Shown here: positions 31,285-40,531 of the stretch, piece after piece
How the letters are laid out: every line of letters starts with the position of its first letter
Position numbering within the stretch: position 1 is the stretch's first letter
IMG/VR virus record: IMGVR_UViG_3300033069_000781
Location: 55,053-119,052 of that record
Length of the DNA: 64,000 bases
Strand: one strand, 5' to 3'
Origin: a virus
Taxonomy: Duplodnaviria; Caudoviricetes
Translations under genes and position numbers: made by a program
Notes under the pieces: model-generated
The model's input: the letters and a program-made list of their open reading frames with translations, nothing else
The model's database searches: none
Told to the model about the DNA's origin: nothing

Positions 31285-31317
31285 GGAGGGATTAAACCCT
31301 CCTTTTTCTTAGCTATT
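31285..31317 (+). terminator. intrinsic terminator followed by TTAGCTATT
   Basis: GGAGGG-attaaa-CCCTCC-TTTTTCTTAGCTATT. Confidence 0.75.
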
Positions 31318-31342
31318 ACTAAGGGCTTAATAATAGCCAAAT

Positions 31343-31393
31343 ATGCGTCATATTATAGTGCTGATGATTAGTAATCATTTAACAATAAAGGAG
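31343..31393 (+). promoter_or_regulatory. promoter-hairpin-SD element, copy 2
   Basis: ATGCGTCATATTATAGTGCTGATGATTAG, inverted repeat ATGATTA/TAATCAT, CAATAAAGGAG. Confidence 0.8.
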
Positions 31394-31398
31394 AATGA

Positions 31399-31890
31399 AT
31401 GGAACTGGAAGCTGAAACAACGGCAACTATTACCCCCCTTGAACCTAGTATTATTTTAGGGTTCGATACTAAACTTGGACTGCGTTCCTGTCATATAACA
31501 AAGAGGCCATGGGGTCTATTTGTAGAGCTCTTTGTTCCAGGGTCCACGACTCCATTTCGTGTTCATGCCTTCAACCAGTTATATGATGTATATATCTGCT
31601 TAGTCCAGGACTGGGAAGCTAGTTGTGTTCATGTTATTGAACCCGAAATTGAACCGATAGCTATACCAATTCATGACTGGCTCAGAACAAATGAGGCTCG
31701 TAGATTGGTGGATCAACCAGACATTACTATTGTAGATGCCTCCGTGGATATCGAGGAAACAGTAACCCCTACCGATCCTCCGTATATCAGTGCCTCACTT
31801 CGGGACTTCGTACTAACAGCATTGGTGGTATTTTTGGGCGGTGCGCTAGCTGGGGTTGCGTCGGTATGGTTCAGGATGTTGTCTAATTAA
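31399..31890 (+). CDS. hypothetical protein with C-terminal TM helix
   Basis: strong SD; FVLTALVVFLGGALAGVASVW. Confidence 0.7.
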   Translation: MELEAETTATITPLEPSIILGFDTKLGLRSCHITKRPWGLFVELFVPGSTTPFRVHAFNQLYDVYICLVQDWEASCVHVIEPEIEPIAIPIHDWLRTNEARRLVDQPDITIVDASVDIEETVTPTDPPYISASLRDFVLTALVVFLGGALAGVASVWFRMLSN

Positions 31891-31900
31891 AGGAGTATAA

Positions 31901-32143
31901 ATGAGCCCGATAGAGATTGATGATTCGATGCGTTTTGTACTAGAGGCATGTCTTAAGCCACCAAAGGAAAGAAAGGAGATGTTGGATAGGGCTAAGGATC
32001 AGTACGGCGAGATCATCTTCGCTAGAGCCCAGATGAGACTGACGCGTAAGAAGCTTATCGAAAATGGTTATTCACTGACCCCACTTGGTATGGAGACGAT
32101 CACAACGATCAAAACAAATGAAGGAATCCCGGTATCAACCTGA
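31901..32143 (+). CDS. hypothetical protein (winged-helix-like end)
   Basis: SD; RLTRKKLIENGYSLTPLG. Confidence 0.6.
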   Translation: MSPIEIDDSMRFVLEACLKPPKERKEMLDRAKDQYGEIIFARAQMRLTRKKLIENGYSLTPLGMETITTIKTNEGIPVST

Positions 32144-32546
32144 TCCAACCCGTGCCAAGCTAATGATTTACTGGAAGTGGTCATTGGCTAATTTGAAGTT
32201 CATAGGTATAGGGTTAATCATTGCGGACTGTTTCGCTTACCCCTACGTTGGTTTTGCACCAATGATTGTTGGGGCAATCCTAATCCTCTATGAGTTCCTT
32301 GTGGCACTTCCAAAACTACTGATTGAGAAGTTCTCAGTCAAAAAGGAGAAAGAGAGATCACAGAAAGTTCATCAAAAGCTCGAACTGTCTGAAGTAGTGA
32401 TCTATGATGATGGTAGATTCGAAGGTAGAGTCTATATCCCTAAATCAATGGAGATCCCGGATAAAATTGCAATCCAAGACGAAATGATTCAAGATGCCAG
32501 TGCCGTTAAGGTAGCTAAGTCATTCGATCCCGATGCTGAGTCCTAA
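32085..32546 (+). CDS. membrane protein (likely start ATG 32118)
   Basis: two hydrophobic segments. Confidence 0.6.
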   Translation: MVWRRSQRSKQMKESRYQPDPTRAKLMIYWKWSLANLKFIGIGLIIADCFAYPYVGFAPMIVGAILILYEFLVALPKLLIEKFSVKKEKERSQKVHQKLELSEVVIYDDGRFEGRVYIPKSMEIPDKIAIQDEMIQDASAVKVAKSFDPDAES

Positions 32547-32562
32547 TAAAAGGAGTTTAGTA

Positions 32563-32661
32563 ATGTCTAGTGGAAAGCATGGAACGCTTTTCCGTATCGC
32601 CAGGATGGCCATTATTCTGTCAACTGTTGCTGTGATTCTGCATATCATTGCGAAACCGTAA
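32563..32661 (+). CDS. 32-aa membrane peptide (not in ORF track)
   Basis: AAGGAG SD; MSSGKHGTLFRIARMAIILSTVAVILHIIAKP. Confidence 0.55.
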   Translation: MSSGKHGTLFRIARMAIILSTVAVILHIIAKP

Positions 32662-32706
32662 TGAGCATAGTCCAATAAACCAATTAAATCAAGTAAAGGA
32701 AGTGGC

Positions 32707-33222
32707 ATGGATAGCGCAACTGGTTCTGGAATCAGTACTGATCAGACTCCTGCAATTAACCCTATTCCCAGAAGTGAAACTATCGCTGGGGCAATTGGGG
32801 AGAAGGCGGGAATCATGAAGTCTTTTTCGATGTTTGGTTTTATTCTGGTTCTTATCTTGTTCTGTCTCTACGGACTCTGCAAGCTCAGCTATGACCACGG
32901 AGTTCAAGCTGGTCAAGGGGCAGTCGATGCTTACCTCAAGACTGTCCAGTCCGTTGGAGTCAATAACGCTGGAGATAAGGGGCAGATCATCAAGTGCCTC
33001 TCACCCGTTGTTAGGTTATTTTCATCCCCAGCTGAACCCGCCGTGATCTACCAGGAAGAGCTTGTTCAGGGCCCTAACCCACGGAACTTCTTTATCGATG
33101 GTGCAAACCTCGATAACCAAGTCATCACAATCACCTATCGAAAAGGTCAAATCGTTCCCGAAGTGGAATACAAAGCAGCAGAAGTTGAAAAGGTTCGCCA
33201 CTGGTATAAGCTCTGGCTGTAA
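32707..33222 (+). CDS. membrane-anchored hypothetical protein
   Basis: SD; TM helix; Trp/basic C-terminus. Confidence 0.7.
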   Translation: MDSATGSGISTDQTPAINPIPRSETIAGAIGEKAGIMKSFSMFGFILVLILFCLYGLCKLSYDHGVQAGQGAVDAYLKTVQSVGVNNAGDKGQIIKCLSPVVRLFSSPAEPAVIYQEELVQGPNPRNFFIDGANLDNQVITITYRKGQIVPEVEYKAAEVEKVRHWYKLWL

Positions 33223-33302
33223 GAGTTTCGAGTAAAAATCAAAATAGTTCCAATAAGATCTGAGAATGTACTCAGATCATTTCAAGGTTTAAAGGAGTCT
33301 AT

Positions 33303-33755
33303 ATGAATCGTTTCTCGACCATGATCGTTGCCTCGCTTGTCGCCTCCATGCTTATCGTCGCCTACGTTCTCTCTGCTGGTGGTATGGGTACCCCCACCTA
33401 TCAGCCCTCGTCGGATACTGGGATCATGGCTGTCGATCCCGATACCATGAAGATGGATACCTGGAAGAAGATGCTGAGTGATCCCGTGATTGCCTTCAAG
33501 CCGTCAGCTGGTACCACGCTGGTTGTTGGCAGGGTCTACAAGATCGAGAGTGATCTCAGCGGTCACTGGGGTTATCATGAAGCCCAAACCGGGATTGTCC
33601 AGACCTCCTCCGATGATTCCTGGGTTTTGATCAAGTCCTCGGCACTGACTGATCGTGAGTTTGTGATCAAGAATCTTGAACTCGCTTCGGTCAAGGACAT
33701 CGACAAGAGGGGTTGGTGGAGCCGTAACTTGGGTTGGGTAGCTTTCTGGAACTGA
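33303..33755 (+). CDS. exported/membrane-anchored hypothetical protein
   Basis: AAGGAG SD; signal-like N-terminus; Trp-rich C-terminus. Confidence 0.7.
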   Translation: MNRFSTMIVASLVASMLIVAYVLSAGGMGTPTYQPSSDTGIMAVDPDTMKMDTWKKMLSDPVIAFKPSAGTTLVVGRVYKIESDLSGHWGYHEAQTGIVQTSSDDSWVLIKSSALTDREFVIKNLELASVKDIDKRGWWSRNLGWVAFWN

Positions 33756-33787
33756 TGGAATAACTAGGCTTATATAGGCCTAGTCCT

Positions 33788-33828
33788 AAATCACTACCCC
33801 CTCAAAGGGGTAGTGATTTTTTAGTATT
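33788..33828 (+). terminator. intrinsic terminator
   Basis: AAATCACTACCCC-ctcaaa-GGGGTAGTGATTT followed by TTTAGTATT. Confidence 0.8.
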
Positions 33829-33856
33829 TGAATAGTTCTAGAGATCTGATAATCTA

Positions 33857-34555
33857 GTGATAATGACACCAAATGAAATAGGACAATATAGAGAATCAAT
33901 TAAATCAGTAGGTGGAACTAATGAAATAGTCAGGAATTACATAGAAACTACTGGTGGTACAATAATACCATCTACGCGAAACGTAGGAGCCACTGATAAA
34001 GACTTTAGTGGACTTCAGATTAATGGGTTTAATCCCCATGTTAAGTATCCAGAAGTAATAGACCCAGATATGAATGCAGATCTACCCTCGCTAGAAGACG
34101 TGATTAAAGCTGTTGCACCTAAACCTGCGCCTAAGGTGGCTAGCGCACATAATAAACCAAAGGATAAAAACGCTAAAGCAGGAGCGAAAAAGGAGGTTAA
34201 TTTTGTTGACCCATCTGATCAGGTCCCAGCCCCAGTCCCAGTTGCCCAAAAGAGATCCATACCTAATCCAACTGTTGTTGTCTATCTACACGGTCTGGGT
34301 GTAAGGTTACCCTATAGATTCCATGAAGTATATGTAAAGCTGGATGATCAGGTATTAGCCTTAACCCTAGATACTAGGGCTGAGGTGGAAACCCCAGTAT
34401 TCGATAAAACAGAGGATGGTCAATACCTAGTCTTTAGTTTTGGAGATCCACTCATGAGATATTTTTGTACCTACCATGGACAGTCCGTGCCCATCGCAGG
34501 ATCCTTGATGGTCCACCTATTTGTCATAGCTAAGAGTGAACCTTACCCATCGTAA
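33857..34555 (+). CDS. hypothetical protein
   Basis: 232-aa ORF without SD. Confidence 0.65.
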   Translation: MIMTPNEIGQYRESIKSVGGTNEIVRNYIETTGGTIIPSTRNVGATDKDFSGLQINGFNPHVKYPEVIDPDMNADLPSLEDVIKAVAPKPAPKVASAHNKPKDKNAKAGAKKEVNFVDPSDQVPAPVPVAQKRSIPNPTVVVYLHGLGVRLPYRFHEVYVKLDDQVLALTLDTRAEVETPVFDKTEDGQYLVFSFGDPLMRYFCTYHGQSVPIAGSLMVHLFVIAKSEPYPS

Positions 34556-34572
34556 CTTAATAAATGAGCTAT

Positions 34573-34628
34573 ATGTGTCATAGTATAATGAAATTGCGAT
34601 ATCGCTTATTAGTTATGGAATAAAGGAG
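34573..34628 (+). promoter_or_regulatory. promoter element, copy 3 (divergent)
   Basis: ATGTGTCATAGTATAATG ... AATAAAGGAG. Confidence 0.6.
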
Positions 34629-34649
34629 CAAGGAATCAAAAACGACGAT

Positions 34650-34850
34650 GTGGTAATCGGTAAATACTACTATGTATCTGAAGGTACTCAAGTAACCCAT
34701 GCTAAGGCACTAGATAGGGATGGGGACGGTTTCTTAATGTACGATTTATCCGGAGAGTATATAGGCTGGTTTAAAGCTGAGGAGTTATTTACATTAGAGG
34801 TTGATGCCAAGCTTCATTTAAGTTTCACCAATAACGTAAAGGATGAATAG
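34650..34850 (+). CDS. small hypothetical protein
   Basis: 66-aa ORF after the promoter element. Confidence 0.55.
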   Translation: MVIGKYYYVSEGTQVTHAKALDRDGDGFLMYDLSGEYIGWFKAEELFTLEVDAKLHLSFTNNVKDE

Positions 34851-34852
34851 TA

Positions 34853-35074
34853 ATGGAAGCTAAAATTAAATCAGTTAATCAGGCTGAAGAGAAGTTTGTG
34901 GATAAATGTGCAATTGAAGCAATGAGCGCATTGATTAAAACAATTCCACAGTATACACCCACCCGATATAATGGTAGAGCTCCAACCATAGACTCCATCC
35001 CTTACACAGCTTACTACTTAGCTACATTAATGCTTGAGCAGAAACGTCGGTATAATCCTCAGTGTATCGAATAA
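34853..35074 (+). CDS. small hypothetical protein
   Basis: SD; DKCAIEAM..L...AY.LA..ML helical phage-type motif. Confidence 0.6.
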   Translation: MEAKIKSVNQAEEKFVDKCAIEAMSALIKTIPQYTPTRYNGRAPTIDSIPYTAYYLATLMLEQKRRYNPQCIE

Positions 35075-35081
35075 ATCGATT

Positions 35082-35111
35082 AAAGGGCCCATAGCCCTTT
35101 TTTTAGCTATT
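35082..35111 (+). terminator. intrinsic terminator followed by TTAGCTATT
   Basis: AAAGGGC-ccata-GCCCTTT-TTTTAGCTATT. Confidence 0.75.
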
Positions 35112-35150
35112 GATGGCTATTAGATCAGAATTGAAGTAATATATAGTAAC

Positions 35151-37052
35151 ATGAGCTCTATTTACGCCTATGACCTCGCGGGACCCTCAAGCCAGAACTC
35201 GGGTTTCCGGTCCTACCCTGATCCATTCCTTATTCATTCCAATATGCTTATGCCTCGCACGATAAGCGAGGTGATGCGTTGGAATGAATCGATCTGGATA
35301 CATAATGGTACTTACTCTAGAGCCCTTAAACGGGTAGTAGCCTATTTCCTAACTAAAGTAGAGGTAACCAACTCTTCAGCTGATGAGCGCAAGAAGTATG
35401 AAGAATTCCTAAATGATACCCTTAACATAATCAATACAATGTCCCTTATTGGGTCAGATTTCATGTGCTATGGTAACTCCTTTAGTTCATGTATTGTTCC
35501 CTTTAAGCGTTTACTTCAATGTACTAATCATAGATGTGGATTTGAGAAGCCCATTGATGACGTAAAATATGAATTCAGTCCAGGCTCTAATACATTTAAA
35601 TGGAACTGCGAGTGTTGTAAGAAGGAGTGTTCAACTACCCGTCCAACCGATCGTAGGGTCTCCGATGAATCTAAACTAAAGATTAAGAGATGGAGCCCAC
35701 ATGAGATCAAGATTATTCATCATCCCATTACAGATACTAATATCTATCTCTGGGACCCACCTAAAGATATAGTTCAAAGAATTATGTCAGGCGATAAGTT
35801 CATACTCAAAGAGACCCCTTGGGAGATGGTGGAAGCGATAACTAAGGGTAAGATGTTTGAGTTCGCTGAAGGTATAATCTTCCATATGTCTGAGGAATCG
35901 TTGAGCGGCCTCAGAACCAATGGCTGGGGCATGTCCCAGACCTTAATCAACTTCTCACAAGCCTACTATGTACAGATGGCTAAGATGTACAACGAGGTCT
36001 TGATGCAGGAGTATATTATTCCATGTAGGGTGGTTTCACCAGCTGCCGGTAAGACTCCTCAGGATCCCCTACTCAGTACAAATATAGGAGGCTTTAACTC
36101 CAAGGTTATACAGATGTTTAATAACCATCGTAGAAACCCTGGTGGCTGGCATGCTCTACCATTCCCTATTGAATACCAATCATTAGGCGGTGAGGGTATG
36201 CAAATGAATACCTATGAGCATATTGGCTTAGCCATGGATGAGTTATTAAATGCTGCTGGTGTACCTGCTGAGCTTTACAAAGGTAATTTGGAGTATCAAG
36301 CCCTACCGGGTGCTCTAAGGCTCTTCCAGGCTACATGGCCTCAATTAGTTGCTCAATTCAATAGTTGGCTTAACTGGCTAATGGGAACTCTATCAACCGT
36401 ATATAACTGGGATAGAGCAAAAGCTAAGCTACAGCAAGTAACTTTAGCTGATGATCTAGAGAAGAGACAATTCTTCATGCAGTTAATGGCTGGTAATAAG
36501 TTGAGCGCTGAGACCGCCCTAGCCACTATGGGTGTAGACGCTAAGGATGAATTAGGCAAGATAATGGATGAGCGTAAGGAACTCGCTGAGGCTGAAGCTA
36601 AGTTCAATGAGGAGATGTCCCAGAAGCAGGAGCTTCAAGATATCTTTATGGCGGGTGGTCAACCCATGCCGGGTCAGGCACCCCCCGGAGGTGCAATGGG
36701 TGGGATGGCTGGTTCACCTGCCGCTGGACCAAGTAGTAGTGGTGGTGGTGGGGCAGCCGCTGCTGGAGATCCTTCACAGATGCCTGGTGGTGCCGGACAG
36801 GACCCCGCGCTCAACTTCTCATCTCAAGGTATGACTCCTGAGGATATGATGGGGCAGGCCGAGCAGATCTCGACCCAATTGCTCCGTATGCCTTACGAAC
36901 AACGTAGGACTCAGATGAAGCAATTGAAGGATAGCAATAAGACCCTGCACTCATTGGTCAAAGCTAAGATGGAAGATATCAGGGGTCAAGCTAGTTCAGA
37001 GGGTGGTTACCAAGCTCTACAGACCATGGTTGGTGGAGCCCCAACTAGCTAA
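35151..37052 (+). CDS. probable portal protein with zinc-finger insertion
   Basis: size; DFMCYGNSF, IFHM..ESLSG....GWG, L.A.GVP.EL pattern typical of portals; Gly/Pro/Gln-rich C-terminus; inferred by resemblance only. Confidence 0.55.
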   Translation: MSSIYAYDLAGPSSQNSGFRSYPDPFLIHSNMLMPRTISEVMRWNESIWIHNGTYSRALKRVVAYFLTKVEVTNSSADERKKYEEFLNDTLNIINTMSLIGSDFMCYGNSFSSCIVPFKRLLQCTNHRCGFEKPIDDVKYEFSPGSNTFKWNCECCKKECSTTRPTDRRVSDESKLKIKRWSPHEIKIIHHPITDTNIYLWDPPKDIVQRIMSGDKFILKETPWEMVEAITKGKMFEFAEGIIFHMSEESLSGLRTNGWGMSQTLINFSQAYYVQMAKMYNEVLMQEYIIPCRVVSPAAGKTPQDPLLSTNIGGFNSKVIQMFNNHRRNPGGWHALPFPIEYQSLGGEGMQMNTYEHIGLAMDELLNAAGVPAELYKGNLEYQALPGALRLFQATWPQLVAQFNSWLNWLMGTLSTVYNWDRAKAKLQQVTLADDLEKRQFFMQLMAGNKLSAETALATMGVDAKDELGKIMDERKELAEAEAKFNEEMSQKQELQDIFMAGGQPMPGQAPPGGAMGGMAGSPAAGPSSSGGGGAAAAGDPSQMPGGAGQDPALNFSSQGMTPEDMMGQAEQISTQLLRMPYEQRRTQMKQLKDSNKTLHSLVKAKMEDIRGQASSEGGYQALQTMVGGAPTS

Positions 37053-37074
37053 AGCTATACCTTAATAAATACAC

Positions 37075-37146
37075 TAAATGTGTCATATTATAGTGCTGAT
37101 GATTAGCTCTTGTTGAGCTAATCATTTTCATATAGCAATAAAGGAG
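37075..37146 (+). promoter_or_regulatory. promoter-hairpin-SD element, copy 4
   Basis: TAAATGTGTCATATTATAGTGCTG-ATGATTAGCTC-ttgtt-GAGCTAATCAT...GCAATAAAGGAG. Confidence 0.8.
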
Positions 37147-37155
37147 TAATAGGGA

Positions 37156-37374
37156 ATGAATATTGGTACTGAGTATACGCAGGATATGATCGCACAATGT
37201 ATTGAGGATCTCTACACTGGGAGCCTTCTGAGCTTTACAACACCTCCGATCTTGGAGGCTACTCCTATCGAGATCATGGCTGGGATGCTGGGTGTCGATA
37301 GGCCCATTACTATTCGTGTAATGGATGAGCGCATGCCATCGGAGTATTGGGTGTGGACTAGGCGTTACGTTTGA
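37156..37374 (+). CDS. small hypothetical protein, paralog of the next gene
   Basis: ends SEYWVWTRR. Confidence 0.65.
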   Translation: MNIGTEYTQDMIAQCIEDLYTGSLLSFTTPPILEATPIEIMAGMLGVDRPITIRVMDERMPSEYWVWTRRYV

Positions 37375-37406
37375 ATTGAAATAAACCAAAGTAAAGGATT
37401 AAAGAA

Positions 37407-37691
37407 ATGCATATCATGAAAATCCTGTGCAAGAGCCTACTAGAGGCTGCTGAGCTAGAGACCAATATCCAGAACTGCGTTATAGCCCTAGAGGATGGGG
37501 TTATCCTGGAATTTAAGACCACTGTTATATCAACAGACGATCTATTCGCAATTATGTCTGACGATGGAGAACTTGGACCAGATCCAAACCCCAGTAAAAT
37601 CACAATCATAACCCGGGGTAAAGTTATGATTCAGTGTGTGAACAAAGGTGAGTCCTCGGAGCATTGGGTCTGGACTAAAGCAAAGAAATAG
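37407..37691 (+). CDS. small hypothetical protein, paralog of the previous gene
   Basis: ends SEHWVWTKAKK. Confidence 0.65.
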   Translation: MHIMKILCKSLLEAAELETNIQNCVIALEDGVILEFKTTVISTDDLFAIMSDDGELGPDPNPSKITIITRGKVMIQCVNKGESSEHWVWTKAKK

Positions 37692-37701
37692 GAGTATAGA
37701 A

Positions 37702-37977
37702 ATGGCTGTAACAACAAAATCAAAACTTCCAAGCCTCAATGAGAATTGGGATTGGGACCTCAAAGACGAGAATAGGGTTATAGCTAGACGTAAGGACTTA
37801 ACCATTACTGTTACCATGCCAAAGGTGTGGGTAATGGATGGTTATACCTGGGCTACACCTAACATTACCTGGAGTAGTGGTGGGTTCGAGACCATCACAA
37901 GTACGGAGGAATTTGCTACCCAGCTACTCTCGGCCATGATATTGGCCAGAGAACTCGAAAGAGAGTTCTGCAGCTAG
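37702..37977 (+). CDS. hypothetical protein, LPxxW family
   Basis: AGGAG SD before ATG 37702. Confidence 0.65.
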   Translation: MAVTTKSKLPSLNENWDWDLKDENRVIARRKDLTITVTMPKVWVMDGYTWATPNITWSSGGFETITSTEEFATQLLSAMILARELEREFCS

Positions 37978-37985
37978 GAGATTTT

Positions 37986-38213
37986 ATGATCTATGATGAA
38001 GAGGAAATCAAAAAACTACCTAAAGATGATCTAAGCCATACCGATTCATATTGGGTGGAGTTCAATGCATTTGACATAAGGGATAATCTCTGGAAACGTC
38101 AAGGTAAACGGTACTATGCTCCCGATAAAGACTCACATGGTGCTGTAAGGGCGCGTTTCCGGAAAGATATGGGAGGCAGGGCTTACTGTCTAATTGAAGT
38201 AGGTTATGAGTAA
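37986..38213 (+). CDS. small hypothetical protein
   Basis: AGGAG SD. Confidence 0.6.
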   Translation: MIYDEEEIKKLPKDDLSHTDSYWVEFNAFDIRDNLWKRQGKRYYAPDKDSHGAVRARFRKDMGGRAYCLIEVGYE

Positions 38214-38246
38214 TTAATTAACCCATAAAACTCAAAAGGAGTAATA

Positions 38247-38939
38247 GTGATGGATGCAATTATTGATAGAATTAGGGATGTGTCTGTAGGTGAGGCATTG
38301 GTTAATCCACCGATGGATCCCAATGGGCCCTTTAAGTTGGCTCTTGTGGATTGCACCTCAATCTTTGCGCTAATGCGCAGGATGGCCAACGATACTCATA
38401 ACGTAAGCTACGGGGAATTGAAGAAGATAATTGATCAGCTTGAACGGGAATGTGTGAATGATCACCCCTTCTCGGAATTTGTGGCAGTTGTTACTATTGA
38501 CAGAGAGAACCCTGGTCAGGTTCACTATGTTAATACCTTTATCGAGAACGCTGGGTTCTTGATCAAAGCGGTGGACTTTAGGTATTGTTACAACGATTTG
38601 AGTAGGGGTCCAAAAGACGACAAGCTGCCCAACAAGGAAAGGGACATCACTTCGGCATCTACCACGATTGCTTATGAGCTGGGTCAACTGCACTCCTATG
38701 AAGATGTGGAGCTGACCATCCTGACCGATAGTGCCGAATTGATCCCAATGATCATGGATCTTGTCAGAAGTGACGATAGTCCTATTAGGTCTATCCATTT
38801 GATCTGGCCTTCGATCTCAATGGATGCGAGGTGGTCTGAGTACTGGAAGGCTTGCAGTGAGGCCGGATCGAAACTTAGGTACTCCGACCTCTCGAACTAT
38901 CTGACTCAGATCCTGATCCCGAAGCGTAATGTCCGTTAA
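38247..38939 (+). CDS. NYN/LabA (PIN-fold)-like protein, catalytic residues divergent
   Basis: ALVD..., vSY.EL, AGFLIK, ILTDSAELIPMI layout resembles NYN. Confidence 0.45.
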   Translation: MMDAIIDRIRDVSVGEALVNPPMDPNGPFKLALVDCTSIFALMRRMANDTHNVSYGELKKIIDQLERECVNDHPFSEFVAVVTIDRENPGQVHYVNTFIENAGFLIKAVDFRYCYNDLSRGPKDDKLPNKERDITSASTTIAYELGQLHSYEDVELTILTDSAELIPMIMDLVRSDDSPIRSIHLIWPSISMDARWSEYWKACSEAGSKLRYSDLSNYLTQILIPKRNVR

Positions 38940-38982
38940 TTTGACCTAAACAAAGGCCGAATAGAAAGGTAATCAAATAGAA

Positions 38983-40470
38983 ATGAAATGGCTTAACTAT
39001 ATCGTATCTGTATTGATCTGTGCAATCATGCCTATGGTTCATGCCCAGTCCGGCTTCTCGAACTTCACTGAGGTTCCCACGATCTATGCAAATGATTTGT
39101 GTAAGTTTGCGAATCTCTTTAGAGCTGCGAAGTTCAGGCCGATTCAGGCTGTAATGTTTGGGGATTCTCAAGAGACCTGTCCTGAGGGGTTGGGTGATAT
39201 TTACATCCCCAGGTTCAACTATGAGTTAGCCTCTCATTATGGGAGTAATTCTCCAACTACTCCCTTTGTGAGGCTGAACAATAGCACAGGGACCTCTCCG
39301 TACTGTGAGTGGCTTACCAGGGCTGCCAAGGCGGGCCCTGGGGTCGATATCACCCGCTTGCCGGTTACATCGGAACTTCCTGGTTTCAGGGGCATGAAGA
39401 CCTCTACTACCAATGGTTCCAATGTCAACAACAATCAGTTCTATGGGCAGTTGATTGCGCTACAACCCTCAGCCTCTGGAGTTAATCCGGGCGCTGCAAT
39501 CCCAAGCCACAAGTACTTCGATGATTCAGCTGGGGTATATATCGATGTTATCGGAATTGGCAATCAAACCAGCTCCGGTGAGATCAAGATGAAGATGACA
39601 AACAATCTGACCCCAACACCGAACTACTACTCCCCAATTCAATTGGGTACTGTAACTACTTCTATGGGGCTTGAAGGAATCACTGGCTTTGTTACCCAGA
39701 GGTTTGGTCCCATTACCTACGATACCTCGAAGTTCCTGCAGATCGAGCTGTCAGGTACCGATGCCTCAAAGTTGACCGACGTCCTCTCGGTTCAGTTCTC
39801 CTCGGTTGCTAATCCCTCTGGTTGGACAGTTACGGATATCGCTGAGGGAGGTTACTATACAGGGTCAATTGCTGCTAACCATCCCGATAGCGGACCCATG
39901 CTGGCTGCATTGAACCCTGATGTGGCTTTTGTGACCTATGGGGCCAACGATGCCTATGGTTATAACTACACCCCCGCTCAGTATAAGCAGGGTCTGCTTA
40001 ATATCATTTCCTTCATTAAGACCAATAGTGGTCCTAATGTTTTGATTATCCTCATGGCAGATGTCTATAGGGGTCCCAGTGGTGGGAACCCCTCGACCTG
40101 GATGGCGGACTACCCCGGGGTTTGCTATGAAATCGCTCAAGCCGATAGCTCCGTTATGGCTATCAATAGCCGTTTGTTGACTGAGGCGGCTGGTTGGGAT
40201 CAGGCTCATGCTACGACCTATCTCATCGATCAGGTCCACTATACATCCACTGGAGCTATTACTAAGGCCCGTGTTGAGGTTGATGCGCTATGGACCATGT
40301 TTGGTTGTTTTGCCGACTTCGATATGGATGGGACCGCTGACTTCTTTGACTACGACGCCTATGTCATAGCTTTTGAGAACGGTGATATCTGTTCCGATAT
40401 CACTGGCGATGGAGCTATCGACTTCTTTGATTATGATGCATTTGTGATCATGTTCGAAGAGGGCTGCTAA
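38983..40470 (+). CDS. secreted SGNH/GDSL hydrolase with C-terminal dockerin-like repeat
   Basis: signal peptide ending VHA-Q, FGDS, GAND, DQVH, twin DxxxDGxxDFFDYDA EF-hand-like repeats ending GC. Confidence 0.85.
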   Translation: MKWLNYIVSVLICAIMPMVHAQSGFSNFTEVPTIYANDLCKFANLFRAAKFRPIQAVMFGDSQETCPEGLGDIYIPRFNYELASHYGSNSPTTPFVRLNNSTGTSPYCEWLTRAAKAGPGVDITRLPVTSELPGFRGMKTSTTNGSNVNNNQFYGQLIALQPSASGVNPGAAIPSHKYFDDSAGVYIDVIGIGNQTSSGEIKMKMTNNLTPTPNYYSPIQLGTVTTSMGLEGITGFVTQRFGPITYDTSKFLQIELSGTDASKLTDVLSVQFSSVANPSGWTVTDIAEGGYYTGSIAANHPDSGPMLAALNPDVAFVTYGANDAYGYNYTPAQYKQGLLNIISFIKTNSGPNVLIILMADVYRGPSGGNPSTWMADYPGVCYEIAQADSSVMAINSRLLTEAAGWDQAHATTYLIDQVHYTSTGAITKARVEVDALWTMFGCFADFDMDGTADFFDYDAYVIAFENGDICSDITGDGAIDFFDYDAFVIMFEEGC

Positions 40471-40496
40471 GCAAGTAGGTTAGAGGGGGAGATGCG

Positions 40497-40531
40497 CAGG
40501 GCGTAGACCTAACGGTTTATGCCCTGTTTTT
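40497..40531 (+). terminator. intrinsic terminator
   Basis: CAGGGCGTAGACC-taac-GGTTTATGCCCTG-TTTTT. Confidence 0.7.
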
